Shown piece by piece: positions 1-12,995 of a stretch of 64,000 nucleotides of DNA; the first letter of the stretch is position 1, and the number at the start of each line of letters is the position of its first letter. The stretch lies in contig JALMLS010000322.1 in assembly GCA_038496445.1 (NCBI GenBank), forward strand, positions 1,116,001 to 1,180,000, given 5' to 3'. The notes beneath the pieces are model-generated. The model had not been told where the DNA came from, did no database searches, and saw nothing but the letters and a program-made list of their open reading frames with translations. The stretch comes from Trichosphaerium sp. ATCC 40318 (Eukaryota > Protista > Tubulinea). The position numbers were made by a program, and so were the translations under genes.

Positions 1-3000
1 TCTGCAATTATCGATTTTCTTGGTATGCTTCTAGTTTTTTTTTTTTGTCTTTCAGTTGACAGGACATTCCCCTAATGACTTTACAATTTAGAAGCTACAG
101 AATTAGAAAACGAATATTTATTTACGCGAAGTTCAGATGCTGTATTGCGACAGCAGGTGGATGATCGAATATTTGACATAAGGTTCAACCAACGCTTGTG
201 TTTCGCTTTTCAACTAATTTTTTCTCTTTTTTTAACAGCATGGTTGACAGTCCACCAATTGTAAGTGCACTTATCCTTGACTATCTTAAGGCTATGCCAC
301 ATCCATTAATACCATGGGATTTCTATGATTCATGTTTGGGCGCTTTTGAAGTGAAGGACGCGGTACGAACAATTTTTTTTTTGATTTGTTGATTTATTGA
401 TATCAATGCTTCAGGCTGCTCGTTTCGAGATTGCCAATTTTGTGCTTCGCAAAATTCCACTGTTGAACTTGGCTGTATTGCGCAAGTTGTTCGCATTCCT
501 CCATACGTACAGCGCGCAAAAATCAGATAAGATTAAACAGCTTGGGTTAAAGTTCTCTACTCTTGTTTTCAGACCTAAAAACGAGCGATGGCAGAGGAAG
601 AATTCTCAAAAAGCTCAAAAAGCAACTCGAGCTATGATGACTAATTTTGATGAAATCTTTGGTGATTTACGTTCACCTGATAATCAAAATGATGTTTGGA
701 ACAAAGGATCTGAAATTCTGGATCTAGAGCTTGAACAATTCCCAGAATACAAGGAAGAGGACCGTGATTGGATGGTAAACCTGGTTTTTTTCTCTTTTTT
801 TTTCTAATGTTTTTGTGCAGGCTAAAGTTTTGGAATTTATGAAGGACAAGCACTACGAAGGTGATGAAGAGTTTGAGTACGTCATCTGTATACAAAACTT
901 TTTGCTTAACCAGGTGTAGTTCTGGCGAAGGTGATCTTATACATCACCCACAGACCGAGTCTATTCCGACTCCTCAACCTCCGAAACAAGAGGTCCAACA
1001 GCCAAAAAAAATAGTCAAAGAAATGCCACCGAAAGCACCTTTGCCAAAGCCTAAATCACTGGTTCAACAAGAAGAAGAGTTGTGGGATATTGATGTACGG
1101 ACATCATAGTGCTTTTCTTATACTTGAAACTAATATTGCTGCAGACTGGTGACCTTGATGAATGGGGCGACGATGAACAAGCTTCTGGCTTAAAGGATAA
1201 GATTAAGTTGTTAACTGATGATTGGGACGAAGACGATTTTAACAACTCTAACGTTTCAACTGGTTCTGAAGAGTCTAGCAGTGGCTCTGTTGATTTTTTC
1301 GACCTTCAAAACAGAGGAAAATCAGTACGCTATGAGAAATTTCTTGTTTTGTTTCCCTTCGATGTATATATTCTAACCACTATACTCTTCTTAAGATTGC
1401 AAGTATTAAAACCAAACTTATTGCATACATTGACAAGAAGACATTCGTTAAAGTAGAAGCTGAAAGCGAAGCAAAAAAACTGGAGAATTTATACAAGGTA
1501 CTTTTACATAGTCTCGTTGTCTCATCTTTCTAATACTTTGTTCCCTAGTCTATTGACTTGTCTGATAAGCTCAAAGCTCACTTCTTTGGTGATAATGAGC
1601 AACAAGGAGATTCAACGCCTGTTAAACAAGAAATCAAAGAAGCTCCTAATAAGGAGAACAAGGCTCCAACTCCATCCGTTGTACTACCTCCAACAAGTCC
1701 TATAACGGACATAGAGCTTCCATTGCCTGCAGTGGCTGCCTTGAAACCAAAAGCATCTACCTCAACTGTGTTGGATCCGCCATCCATGGTTATTTCTACG
1801 CCAACAAAGCCTGCTGTCGTTAAGGATGATAATAGTCTTGATAATAGCAAGTCTTATGGAGATATGGACTTTAGCGAGTCTGAGTCTGAGGTACGTCTTT
1901 TACTGCAACAAAAAGTAGCGAAAAACGTGCTTAAACTTGTACTAGTCCTTTGAGGATTCAGAGTCGGATTCTGAGCAAATGAGACTTGCTGCAAGAGAAC
2001 AAGGACGCAGACGTATGAGAAGTCGTAACTTTGTAATATCAAAGAAAGTTGCAAGACGTATGGCAAAGTCTGCCAAGTCAGGTGTATTTTCAGGTGCGCA
2101 CTACCCCCGGCCCGATTTGTAATTGTACTATGTTTTAACCAAAGGAGATAGGGTTGACACTAGATCCAAATCCAACCGCCGATACTACTGCTCAAGATGA
2201 TGAGTTTAAATTTGAGAACTTACAGGCTCTCAGACGAGAGATAAAGCAAGCCCCACCTGCAAGACGAAGTAGTAGCTTGAAGGTATGCAGTATAACACAG
2301 TCTATAAAAGATGGTTTCAATTGAACCATTATTCTTGAAAGTTTGTGAAACCTTATTCTTTTTTTTTAAGGTTCCTGGTGACACTGACACGCCTGAACTG
2401 CGTGAATACGATATGACTATATTAGGATCTGGCATGAAGCGTAGTGCGTCATCATACACGCGCCTTCGATCCCCTAGATCGCCTACTAATATGAAAACTA
2501 CAAAATACCCTAGAATGGGTGCTGGTGTGGAACAGTGCGTGTTTTTTGAACCTAAAACGTTTTTTCCTGAAGTTTCCTCTAACTTAATTTGCTAGTAGCT
2601 CTAGTGCGGACTCGTTTAGGACTCCACCAAAACGTAATAAATCAACACGAGATGGACGTATTGCTGCTAATCTAACAGCGTTAAGTGCACGTTTGTCTGC
2701 AAGACATAAGGCGAAATCAATGAGACTACGTAAAAACAAGATAGGTGGATCACCACCTGTTGTGCCAAGAAGAGACGGATTGTCTGATATAGAGCAGCAA
2801 CATAGACGTCTCCAACTATTGAAGAAACTTCATAAGTTGGAGGCTGAAAAATTTAAGGATATGTTAGACGATGACATAGCAAACAGTCAGTACGTCTCTA
2901 AAACTTGTGGATAGCTTTCTAATTATCATTTTACTAAAACTCTTTTTTTGAAGGTCTGACGATGAATCTGAGTCCTTTATGGATGAGAGTGAGGAACGGC

Positions 3001-3170
3001 AAACGCCCAAAGGAAGCCCTGCTAAACCTAAGTCTATTTTAAAGAATAGGCCAGCACCAATGTCACCTAGACAACAATTCTTGTTGGATATTCAACAGGT
3101 TGTACGTTTGAAGAAAGCGAAAAGGCAAAGTGAAATAGCTGCGCTAAGAGCAGCAAGCAAAGAGTTTTAA
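1..3170 (+). CDS. RhoGAP-domain protein with long low-complexity tail and C-terminal WH2-like motif (multi-exon, 5' part outside window)
   Basis: Exons give 'ALILDYLKAMPHPLIPWDFYD...KIPLLNLAVLRKLFAFLH...LGLKFSTLVFRP' (RhoGAP helical core). These are followed by Pro/Ser/acidic exons and a last exon 'RQQFLLDIQQVVRLKKAK', with stop at 3168-3170. Confidence 0.75.
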
Positions 3171-3391
3171 AACAAAAAAAGTGCTAGAATGTAAAACATA
3201 GTTTGTAAAGTAAATCAAGTGATACACCCATAACTACAGTGGTCAGGTAGTGGTTTTTGGTAAAACCAATCAGTGAATCAAAGCAGGAGAAAGAGAAACT
3301 TCGAAGAGAATGCCTCACGTTAAGTATTGTTAAGTCTTACACGAAAATCATTCTTTACAACCTTACACATCAACAACAACACCTCTAAACA

Positions 3392-5161
3392 ATGGCCAAA
3401 CCTACCTCTCGTGTTACACTATCCCATGCCACTCTTGTTCAAGCACTAGCTTGTGATGTATCCTCAAAAATGACAGTAACGGCTTCACTCAAGGCACCGT
3501 TAATTGAAACAGATGCCCATAAATCTAGGTCTCCCGTTGACGTTGTATGTGCCGTTGATGTTAGCGGTTCAATGGCAGGTGTTAAGCTCCAATTAGTCAC
3601 CCGTTCTTTAGAGTTTATGGTTTCTGTGTTAAAACCTACTGACCGCTTGGCAGTCGTTGTGTTTTCGGATGGCGCTCGTCTTTGTTTCCCGTTTGTTAAC
3701 CTAACCGAGCTTGGCAAAAAAACAGCCCTTGATTCGATAAGAAGTATTCGCGCTTCCGGACAAACTAATATCTCTGCCGGGCTTCATATGGCCTTAGATC
3801 TTGTTAAACAAACTCCTTCGTCTGCTAATGTGTCATCTGTTGTCCTGTTTACTGACGGCTACGCCAATGTTGGCATTACCAAAATCGAACCGCTTTGTGC
3901 TAGTATAAAGGACCGTATAGCCGCCATTGATGATACGGCTTGTTCTATTAATGCTATGGGATTTGGTAACCATGACGCCGAGTTTCTAACGGCTATAGCT
4001 GAAGAGGGAATGGGCATGTTTTATTACGTCGACAAGCCTGACTCTATTGCCACGGCCTTTGGCGATGTTATTGGCGGATTATTAAGTGTAGTTGCGCAAA
4101 AAGTTAAGATTACTTTGGAGGCCGCAGACGACTCTGTTGTCATTGAATCTGTGCCGACAGGTTACACAAAGACTAATCCTATCCCTGGTAAAACCTCTAC
4201 GGTATGTATATCACTTGGCGACTTGCTGAGCGAAGATAAAAAGGATTTTGTTGTTTTCTTAAAGGTACGTACCTGGAACTGCGTTTTTTTTACTTTTGGT
4301 CGTAAGCGCTTATGTTTTTCATTTAGTTATCGCCTCACTATACCTCTGCCATCCAGTCTCTTCTCAAAGTGACAGTTTCTTACCATAATTTAATCAGCGA
4401 CACCAACGAATTGTCAACAATGGACATTAAAATAGCAAGGTACGATCCCAACACCAGCAATTTTATGCAAAAAAAAGTTGTAAAAACAAATTTATCTTAC
4501 TAATTTCGTGATTAGGCCAAAAGCGAGTGAGATCACGGCTGAACAAAAAATTCCAAATGTGGGTGTCCTTAGACAAACACGTCGTATCCAAACAGCTGTA
4601 GCAATGAAGCAAGCACTCCAGCACTATAACGCGAACAACGTTCATGCTGCCAAAAAAGTGATTCTAACCGCTATGACTACTTTGGCAAAAGAAGCAGCAA
4701 AAGATACAACAATAGCGAACTTGCTACAAGATTTGAAACAATGCCTTCAAAAAATGGACCAAAAGGGCGCTAGAGGATATTTAGTATCTCAAAGGCAGTC
4801 TCACATGCAACAACGGTCTAACGCAATCAATACTTGCTACTCCAACACTCGACAAATGGCGTGTCAACAAAGTACACGTGCTTATGTTAATAAGAATACT
4901 TTACCAGGAAAGTCAGGATATGGTCCAGTGAGAGTACGTGGCACTCGTTCTTGGTACCAACGCTCACATTTTTATCAGCAACATCCAAACCATCCCAGCA
5001 CCAATAGGTACACTCCCTATGTAGCACCAAACTGTTATCCACAAGCGCAACAACAGCACCCTCAACAACAGCAACAGCAACAGCGCCCTCAACAACAACA
5101 ACAGCAACAACGCCCTCAACAACAACAGCAACAACTCCCTCAACGCCAACGATTTCATTAG
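3392..5161 (+). CDS. von Willebrand A (VWA) domain protein with Gln-rich C-terminus
   Basis: 'DVVCAVDVSGSM' (DxSxS MIDAS), 'GQTNISAGL', 'VVLFTDG', 'AFGDVIGGLLSVVAQ'; introns near 4264-4328 and 4440-4516; polyQ tail. Confidence 0.85.
5040..5150 (+). repeat. CAA/CAG polyglutamine repeat with ~27-bp (P-Q7-R) periodicity
   Basis: 'ccctcaacaacagcaacagcaacagcg' recurs about three times and encodes QQQHPQQQQQQQRPQQQQQQQRPQQQQQQLPQ. Confidence 0.9.
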
Positions 5162-5435
5162 CCCCGACACATTGCCAATGTGCCAGCTGTATTTTTATGA
5201 ATAAATTAGTCTTTTTGTTTATCGTAGGTACATTCATTGTTTTTTATTGGAAAGAAAAAGTGTACTATTCTGTTCATTTCCAATCCGAATAGGATATTAG
5301 AACTACTCCGCATCAAATTTGCAGCTTATTTCCAAGTTGGTACATTTTTTGTTGTTTATTGTTAATGCACGTTGTCTACTGTACAGCTTGCTACACCCAG
5401 CTTGTAAAAAACTTGTGTGTTTTGTCAATATTTGG

Positions 5436-8400
5436 CTACAATTGGATATTATCAAATGTAGTAGGTGGTATCTTAAGGCCAACAGCACGTGTTGTACAGT
5501 GCTTGTTACTTGCATTGAAAATAAACAGGTATCGAGTAATAATGTGGTCCTCATTCGACTAAATCATAATGATTAGCGTCAAAACGAATCAATACACAAA
5601 ATCCATTGTGGTCTTGACAAAAAAAACCCGAAAACAACTAAAGCGTACAATAACGTAGTATGGATTAGCTTTATAGCCTCCATTGATGACCTCACATAGT
5701 GCCATAACTTGTAATCCAGATGTACCAAACATAGACTTTGTCCAACCCTAAGAGCAATCCAAAATAAGACGAGAGCAATGCACAGGTGCTTTAGCATCGA
5801 TAAAATAAATAAGAACGTACACTACCGGTTTTGGCATAACTGAGGGAGGTTCCAGAGTCTGGCGCCAGGTAAATCCCATTACCATAGACAGCACCTGTAG
5901 TCATGAACTCGGTACCACCTAAGTTAGTAATGTTAGAAGACAACGTCTCTTCTCTCTTTTTTTGTCAAGCAAATCATTTCATTGATTTGGACGTACTGTA
6001 GTTCTTGAGACCTTGACGCAAGATACAATGCCAATTGTTGAAAGCACTACCATGGAAAGCATAGAAAGAGCCCTTTTTCTTCTTTTCTTGTTGAAATTTA
6101 AGCTCCTTCTTCGGTGGGCAACTAAGAAGTAACAGTTGTATTGTAGTTCCTATTTGAGTAATACGCTAAATTCATGTGTAAATAGAAGCAACTCACTTGA
6201 AGCGATAGTAATTTGGAAAAGGCAAAAACATAGCGTTATGGTTGTGCGTACATCTGAAGGTTTGAGTGAAGACATGTGCGCCCTGTTACTTGTCAAGCAC
6301 CACCTCAAGAGAGGATAACACAAGATGTCAATACCGTCAAGATATTCCTTGATCGTTGGGCTATCTGGAAACTTTTGCAAATCCGCAATAGAAGGGATCT
6401 TCTCCAAGACATTACCCACTTTTGTCTTGTCGGGTTTTCCTGAAGAATTCTTGAATGTGTGTATAACCTCTTTACCTCCTACAACTTGCTAATACCCATG
6501 GTAAGAACAGTAACTTGTAATCCAACCACGGCCAAAAAAAGACGTACGCGGACTTCTATAGCATTTGGGAATGGGTTAAAGCGCTTAATGTCTCCCATCG
6601 CAGCTACAATACATAATCAGCATAATCAAATTGCAATAGGTCATTTGTGAAGGTCTTACCCGCTTTGGTGGAACTAATGAGGAGATCGACGACCTGACCC
6701 TTCGATTTAATAATGGCGGCAACATCAACTCCCAATCCATATTGATCGTAACTGTACAGGCAGAGTGGGGAATCACAAATAGAAGGCTTTAACATCTCGA
6801 AAGCCAATGGTTTGTTGCATATGACACATGTCTTTGTACATCGCATCGTATTACCGACAAGCTCATTGGCCACGTCCAAAAACAAATGTGTATTGGTTGG
6901 TGGCCAATGTTGTCTCATGTAATCCTAAAAATTATACTGTGAGCCAACGAACCCACTAGCGTGCAAAGAGATAAAAATAAAAGCAGATTCCCATACCTCA
7001 ATACGTTTTTGTAATTGCCAAGCAAGTCCGAAACTAGCAACGTCCTTTAAGTATTTGGCGTCCAGAGCACCGTCTCCAGTCTGGTAGAGTGACAGTGCAG
7101 GCAACTATAGTTTTGATAAGACAAACAGTTGATTGGGCTTTAGTTATCATTTACCTTGTAGGCATCCATGTAGTATGGTGCAACAAGTTCTATCTGTATG
7201 ACAATACGCTTGTTGGGATTTATACCCCAAACTTCACACAAAATATCTGACAAGAATCCTCGAGGATCCAACGCCATACGAACTGTGTAATCGCCTGTAG
7301 TGTCTGTGAGCACTGCAATGTTCTGTTTGCCATGCAACTTTTCATATTCTGCAACATGTTGATGAATCTTGGAAGATGTCTGACTGGTGTCTTGATGGAA
7401 TGTATCATCGTCAAAGTCCATTCTAGTTTATTGTCATCAGCGACAAAAAGATTGAAACTACAAGTTGCTCAGCGTACCCGAAATCACCATCGTCATCTGA
7501 AAATGCACGGACACTCTCGAAAAGCTTTGTATGGGTTAGCGAGGATTACAACAAATCATCTTGTTCTTTAAACTTACAGAGGCACGGCCTTTGCTCTTGA
7601 ATTTGGGTTGCTTGTTTACAGGGAACACAGGCGATGGTGGTACACCTATTTTGTCAGCGTACTCCTTTACTACCCTATTCATTGCGCTTGTAATCGATCC
7701 TAATGTTCCTATTCTTTTTTGTGAATAATAGAGTAAACTATTTTGTCAATTGGACAAATGTTAATATGACGCGTACCCAACTCAACGACACCATCGTTAG
7801 TGAATAACATGTACTCGCCACGTTCAATGTTGTCTGGTATCATGAGCGTCACAGTTCTTTCTGTATCCTCATCATCTGCCTTCATTGTGAATACGAGGTT
7901 ATCGCAGTCATCCTCTTCCACATCTGAAAAAAAAAACCAGGTGAGTGTTAATCGAGGTAACAAAGGGGTGATGAAGACCCGTCATTACCTGTAACTAATG
8001 AAGAACCCGTTGTAATACATTTTTGACATATCAATGAGATTTGGTCAGCACGAGAAGCTGGTACAGACGACTCTAATGTGCTATCACCTCCAGTGGGTTT
8101 TGGATCTTTCTTTTTTGGCTTATCAGGCGTATTCGCTGTTACCACTTTGACATTCTTCTTTGGTCTCTTTTTCTTTTTTTCAAGCTCAGCTTCCTTCTTT
8201 TCTACGGCATCCTTATTTTCAGCACTAGAAAGTAGGTAAATAAACTCGAACTAGCATAAAATAGTGCGCTGTGAACAAAAAAAGCGTACCGGCCTATGCG
8301 ACCAGAACTAGATCGTCTGCCTTTAGTAGGACCAGTTGGGGAGCTTTTAGGTGCAGTGGATGGGCTACCAGTACCTAACAAGCAGTCAACACGGTACATC

Positions 8401-9398
8401 TATCAATTTTTTTTTCACTGTTTTAATTCCTAATATGTACCCCGCTTCTTTCTGCCTGGGCTCTTGCCATCCTCTCCATCTTCCCCATCTTCTCCACTTT
8501 CGCTATCAGAATCATTATCTTCCTGGGGGATGTTAAATTTGTAGGTGTTGGGGGGAAGATTCAAATAACAAAATTATCGTGCCTCTATTACAACGAATTT
8601 GGACTGTTCAAGCAAGTTGTCTTTGTGTGCCCAATGTTTAGAGACAGTCAATGCTTTGTTCTCTTCCTCAGGTACTTTACCAGCTACCGTGGAGGCGCTT
8701 TCATTTAATCCAGAAGATGCACGACCTACTCCATCTATGCCTTTTCCCTTGCGACTGCGTGTTGCCTTGCTGTCGCCATAAATTACTTTAAGATATATCT
8801 GTCCGGACACTGTGTCTTTCTTCTTCCTTTTGGAGAGCGTGAACCAATCATCCAATACGTCTTCGTCCTAATTAAGGCAGTTAATCATGGACAACGTAAA
8901 TTAACAAAGAGGATATACGTACCTGTATCATGTTTGTATTGAATTTAATGGTCAGTATGCCCAAAAATTTATCCTTGAAAAAAGTATGCTTCTCCCATAC
9001 ACGGACTACTACACCCGCAAAGTCTGCGCCCTTTACTTTACTATTTTTATTCGGTCAGTTTAAAAAAAGTATGAACACTAAATGCGCCACGGAGCTAAGC
9101 TACTGTAATTTTGAGGCTACACACAAATACGTAACGTCATACGAGCGTGGGTAACTGAAACTGAAGCAAAAACGTACAACTTTAGCGTGTCGTTCCAGAT
9201 CGGATTAGAGCTGTTCTTGTGAGAGTTAGACTTCTTTTGTTCGGTAGCATCACCCTTCTGGTCTAAAATATCGACAGTGCAATATATTTTACGCGAGCTC
9301 GCCAGGTTTTTACCCTTGCCCACTGGTTTTGATTAGTGCTGGAATAAAATTGTGTAAATAGCCATTGACGCACCAACAACACGTATCTCTGCAGACAT
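5436..9398 (-). CDS. C2-domain + PARP6/PARP8-like mono-ADP-ribosyltransferase (multi-exon)
   Basis: N-terminal C2 ('MSAEIRVVVGKGKNLA...SSNPIWNDT...VRVWEKHTFFKDKFLG...DDWFTL...SGQIYLKV'). Cys-rich segment 'CVICNKPL..LKPSICDSPLC'. Catalytic segments 'FYAFHGSAFNNWHCILRQGLKN', 'GAVYGNGIYLAP', 'MALCEVI', 'EDHIITRYLF'. Confidence 0.8.
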
Positions 9399-9530
9399 TA
9401 TAGGATCTTTTACCGACTACGGATCCCTTTACAAGCGTTCACCAACAACAAAGTTATTTATGGCTTTAAGCGAAAAGCGGACGAAGAGTCTTTGAAGGTC
9501 AATTTTTATGTACTACAACGTTCACTCTTT
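9399..9530. promoter_or_regulatory. Putative bidirectional promoter (C2-PARP / SPY)
   Basis: Divergent ATGs at 9398 (-) and 9531 (+), 132 bp apart. Confidence 0.55.
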
Positions 9531-12500
9531 ATGGCAGACCAGTTTGCACTGTATAAAAAACTAGCAGTTGTAAGCAATGAGAGCTCTGACACGCTCATTG
9601 CACGCATAAAAGTACAAACTTGATGACATTTTGCTTCTACGCACTGCAATGATCTAACAAGGCGTAGAATGAATTTTTGCGTGGAGCTTATTCTGTAGTT
9701 CCCCAATTGGCCAGCGAGCTAGAGAAATCACCTGGAGCATTGCATCAACTATACGGGGGATTGTTTAATGGTATTCTCAAAACTAGAAGCGACACTCAAT
9801 CGTTTAGGGCTCGTAAATCGTGTCAATGGCGCTGAGGCAGCTCGTACGAGAAAAGGAAATTACAATAGTTAAATATTGACAGTTTACGCTCAGACGTCGC
9901 GGTACGCATAGAATCAGCTATTAAAAAAGCTACCAGTGGTGGAATGGCAACTTGTGATGCGTTGGATGAAGCTGGCGAGTTTCTGGGCGTCCTGCACAAG
10001 GAAAATGGAGATCTCATCAAGGCGGTTAGCAAACTTTCTCATTTACCAAATTAATTGAGTGTCAGATTGCGTGCTTCTCGACTATTTTGATGCGCAACAC
10101 TAGCCAGGATCCAAACGCAATTGGTATGCACTTTCTAGCTGTGTGCACCGTTGATATGGGCACAAAATTAAAGATGAATGGAGATGAAATTCGTGGTAGG
10201 AACAAAGAGTTTAAGCATTAGTTAGTAATCACGTTTTGTTTTCAGGTGTTGAACTCTACCAAAAGGCACTCACGATAGCTCCTACATATGCACCAGCGCA
10301 CTATAATATAGGCGTAGTGCACGCAGAAAAAGGAAATCTAGATAGCGCGCTAAAGTGGTTTGAATCATGCTTGCAACACGATCCAGGTTGTTCTGAAGCC
10401 ATGTGTAATGTTGGCGTTATACATAAAGAACAAGGCCGACTTGATGATGCCATTTGCGTCTACAAGAGGACAATAGAGGTAGCTGACATATTAAGCTTTG
10501 TGTTATTTCTAATGCCATCTATAGCTGAATCCGGCGTTTACACTTGCGTATCATAATGTGGCGATTGCGCTTACAGACAAGGGAGTTGTCCTAAAGTTGC
10601 AAGGAAAATTCAAAGAAGCGATACAGTTGTACAAAGAGGCGCTTGTATACAAACATGATTATGCTGATGCTTACTACAACCTCGGGGTTGCATACACTGA
10701 TATCAAGAAGCATATGAGAGCGGTACGCAATTAGTATAGAGCATACATCCCAAAAGTGACTGGCATCCAAAGCTTCAAATGTACAACCTTGCCATTACTT
10801 TCAACCCTCAGCACGTGGCAGCAAGCAACAACTTGGGTGTACTTTACAAGACGTTGAACAATGTACCACTCGCTGTAGCTACGTTCTCTCGAGCACTTGC
10901 AATCAAAGGACCTCATTTCATGCAAACTATCAATAATCTAGCGGTATCGACTTTAGGCGTTGTTAATAAAACCTTCTTACCTGTTACAGGTCGTGCATAT
11001 TTTAGCGAATCAACTAAGGAAGGCCAAAAATATTCTGGAAGAAGCCCTAGCACCTGCCGTTGTCTCAGGTACAATCAGATTTTTGAATACTGGTAACGAT
11101 TGTAGAGTGTGCTTGTACACCAGGTCATGTGGCTAACACATGGAACAACTTGGGAGTTGTATTCAGAGAAGAAGGAGACATCAAAAAGTCTTGTGTATGC
11201 TTTGCAAAGGCTTTGGCTTTAGACAAGAATTGCCGTAACGCAGGACACAACCGCTTGCTTGCCCTCAATTGTATGTTAAACAATTTAGTTAATAGGATGT
11301 TAATACAATTGAGTTTTTAGATCCAGAGGATTTGGACTTGAAAGTAGTGTGGACCGCACATCAATCGTGGGCTACCACATTTAAAGAAGTGTTTTCTCCT
11401 GTACCAGGGAAGCGAGAGGCGTCAAAAACCCGACCTATAAAGGTTGGGTATGTGTCTCCTGATTTCTTTACCCACTCAGTATCCTACTTTATTGAGACTG
11501 CTTTAAAGCACCATGACCCTAAACGAGTGCATATAACATGGTAATGCCGAACAAAGAGGTGGTTTGCTTTTTATAGTATTCTAACGCGTTGTACTGTAGT
11601 TACTCAAGTGTCGAGAAACCAGATGCCAAAACAAAGCGATTGCAGTCATACGCACATCGATGGGTAGATATTCACCAGCTATCAGCTGATGCTGTAGCAG
11701 ACCTAATTGTCAGTCACGAGATTGATATACTAGTTGATCTTGCAGGACACACTGCCAATAACAGATTAGATGTAATGGCCAAGGGCACGTGCCTTATCAT
11801 AGCCTTATGATTGAAAGGTTTAGATACGACCCTATTAACTTTTTTTACAGGTGCTGCGCCAATCCAGGTCACTTGGATAGGATATCCCAACACCACTGGA
11901 TTAACTAACATAGATTATCGCCTAACAGACAGTGTGGTTGATCCAGTGGGAACAACACAAGAATACAGCGAACAACTGGTTAGGTAAATATGGAATAATG
12001 ACACTTGGTTTTTTAAGGCTGAGACTCTATCGTTAGAATACCTGGTTGCTTCCTCTGCTACACTCCAATAGAAAACCCACCACCCGTGTCTCCATCGCCT
12101 TGTGTAACTAACGGCTACGTTACATTTGGATCGTTCAACAATGTGTGCAAGGTGACAGCGCCACTGTTAGACGCTTGGTCCAACATATTACAGCGTGTGC
12201 CTACAGCAGTAAGTGCACTAATGTGTCATCCTTTTGTCTTACCTATTATCTGATAGAGGTTAGTACTAAAATCTAAAGCTTTTGGAGACATGGCGCTATG
12301 TGATAAGACATGGTCCGAATTCAGGAAGCGAGGGATAGACAATCACAGGTACCTCTAAGAAACCAAAGCTGTGTTTGCGCTTACCCTTTCTCAAAGAATT
12401 AAATTACTATCATTTGTACCTGCAACAACCTCTCATCTGTCGTGCTATGACACCATGGATATAAGGTACAAATCTCTGCAAACCATACAGCGCTAACTTA

Positions 12501-12960
12501 ATTTCACAACAGTCTGGACACTTTCCCTTACGCTGGTACTACAACAACAGCTGAGTCCCTTCTTATGGGTGTGCCTGTCGTTACGTTGCAAACCAACACA
12601 GAACAAGACAAAACTGGATGGTCCTACTTCCACGCAACAAATGTTGGTGTAAGCATCCTACACGCTATCGACGCCAAAACATGGATTGCCCAGAGCATAC
12701 AACAGTATCAAGATATTGCAGTGAGCATGGCATCTGACAAGGACGCCCTAGTAAAAATAAGGCAAAGGCTACGACAACAGATGTTATCTTCTCCTTTTTG
12801 CGATGGTACGCTACATAGACACCGCGCTATACAATGCGTTCTCAATTGGCCTTTAGGTAGTGGTTTTACAAAAAAATTGGAGGGGATATACGAACAAATG
12901 GTGGACGATCCTTCGGCGTTACAGACTACACAGCAAAACGTTGCACAAAAAAAAGAATAG
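9531..12960 (+). CDS. SPY: SPINDLY-type TPR-containing GT41 O-fucosyltransferase/OGT
   Basis: Multiple TPRs ('AHYNIGVVH','AMCNVGVIHK','ASNNLGVLYK'); 'VGYVSPDFFTHSVSYFIE'; 'IDILVDLAGHTANNRL'; 'APIQVTWIGYPNTTGL'; 'LDTFPYAGTTTTAESLLMGVP'. Confidence 0.92.
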
Positions 12961-12995
12961 AATCTTGATCAATTTGTATGTACATAAATATTTAC

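Noticed and set aside
4887-5237. Minus-strand Leu/Val-rich ORFs (signal/TM-like)
   Set aside because: They are antisense shadows of the CAA/CAG polyQ repeat.
9531-12960. SPINDLY as evidence of plant origin or novelty
   Set aside because: SPY homologues are already known in non-plant protists such as Dictyostelium and Toxoplasma.
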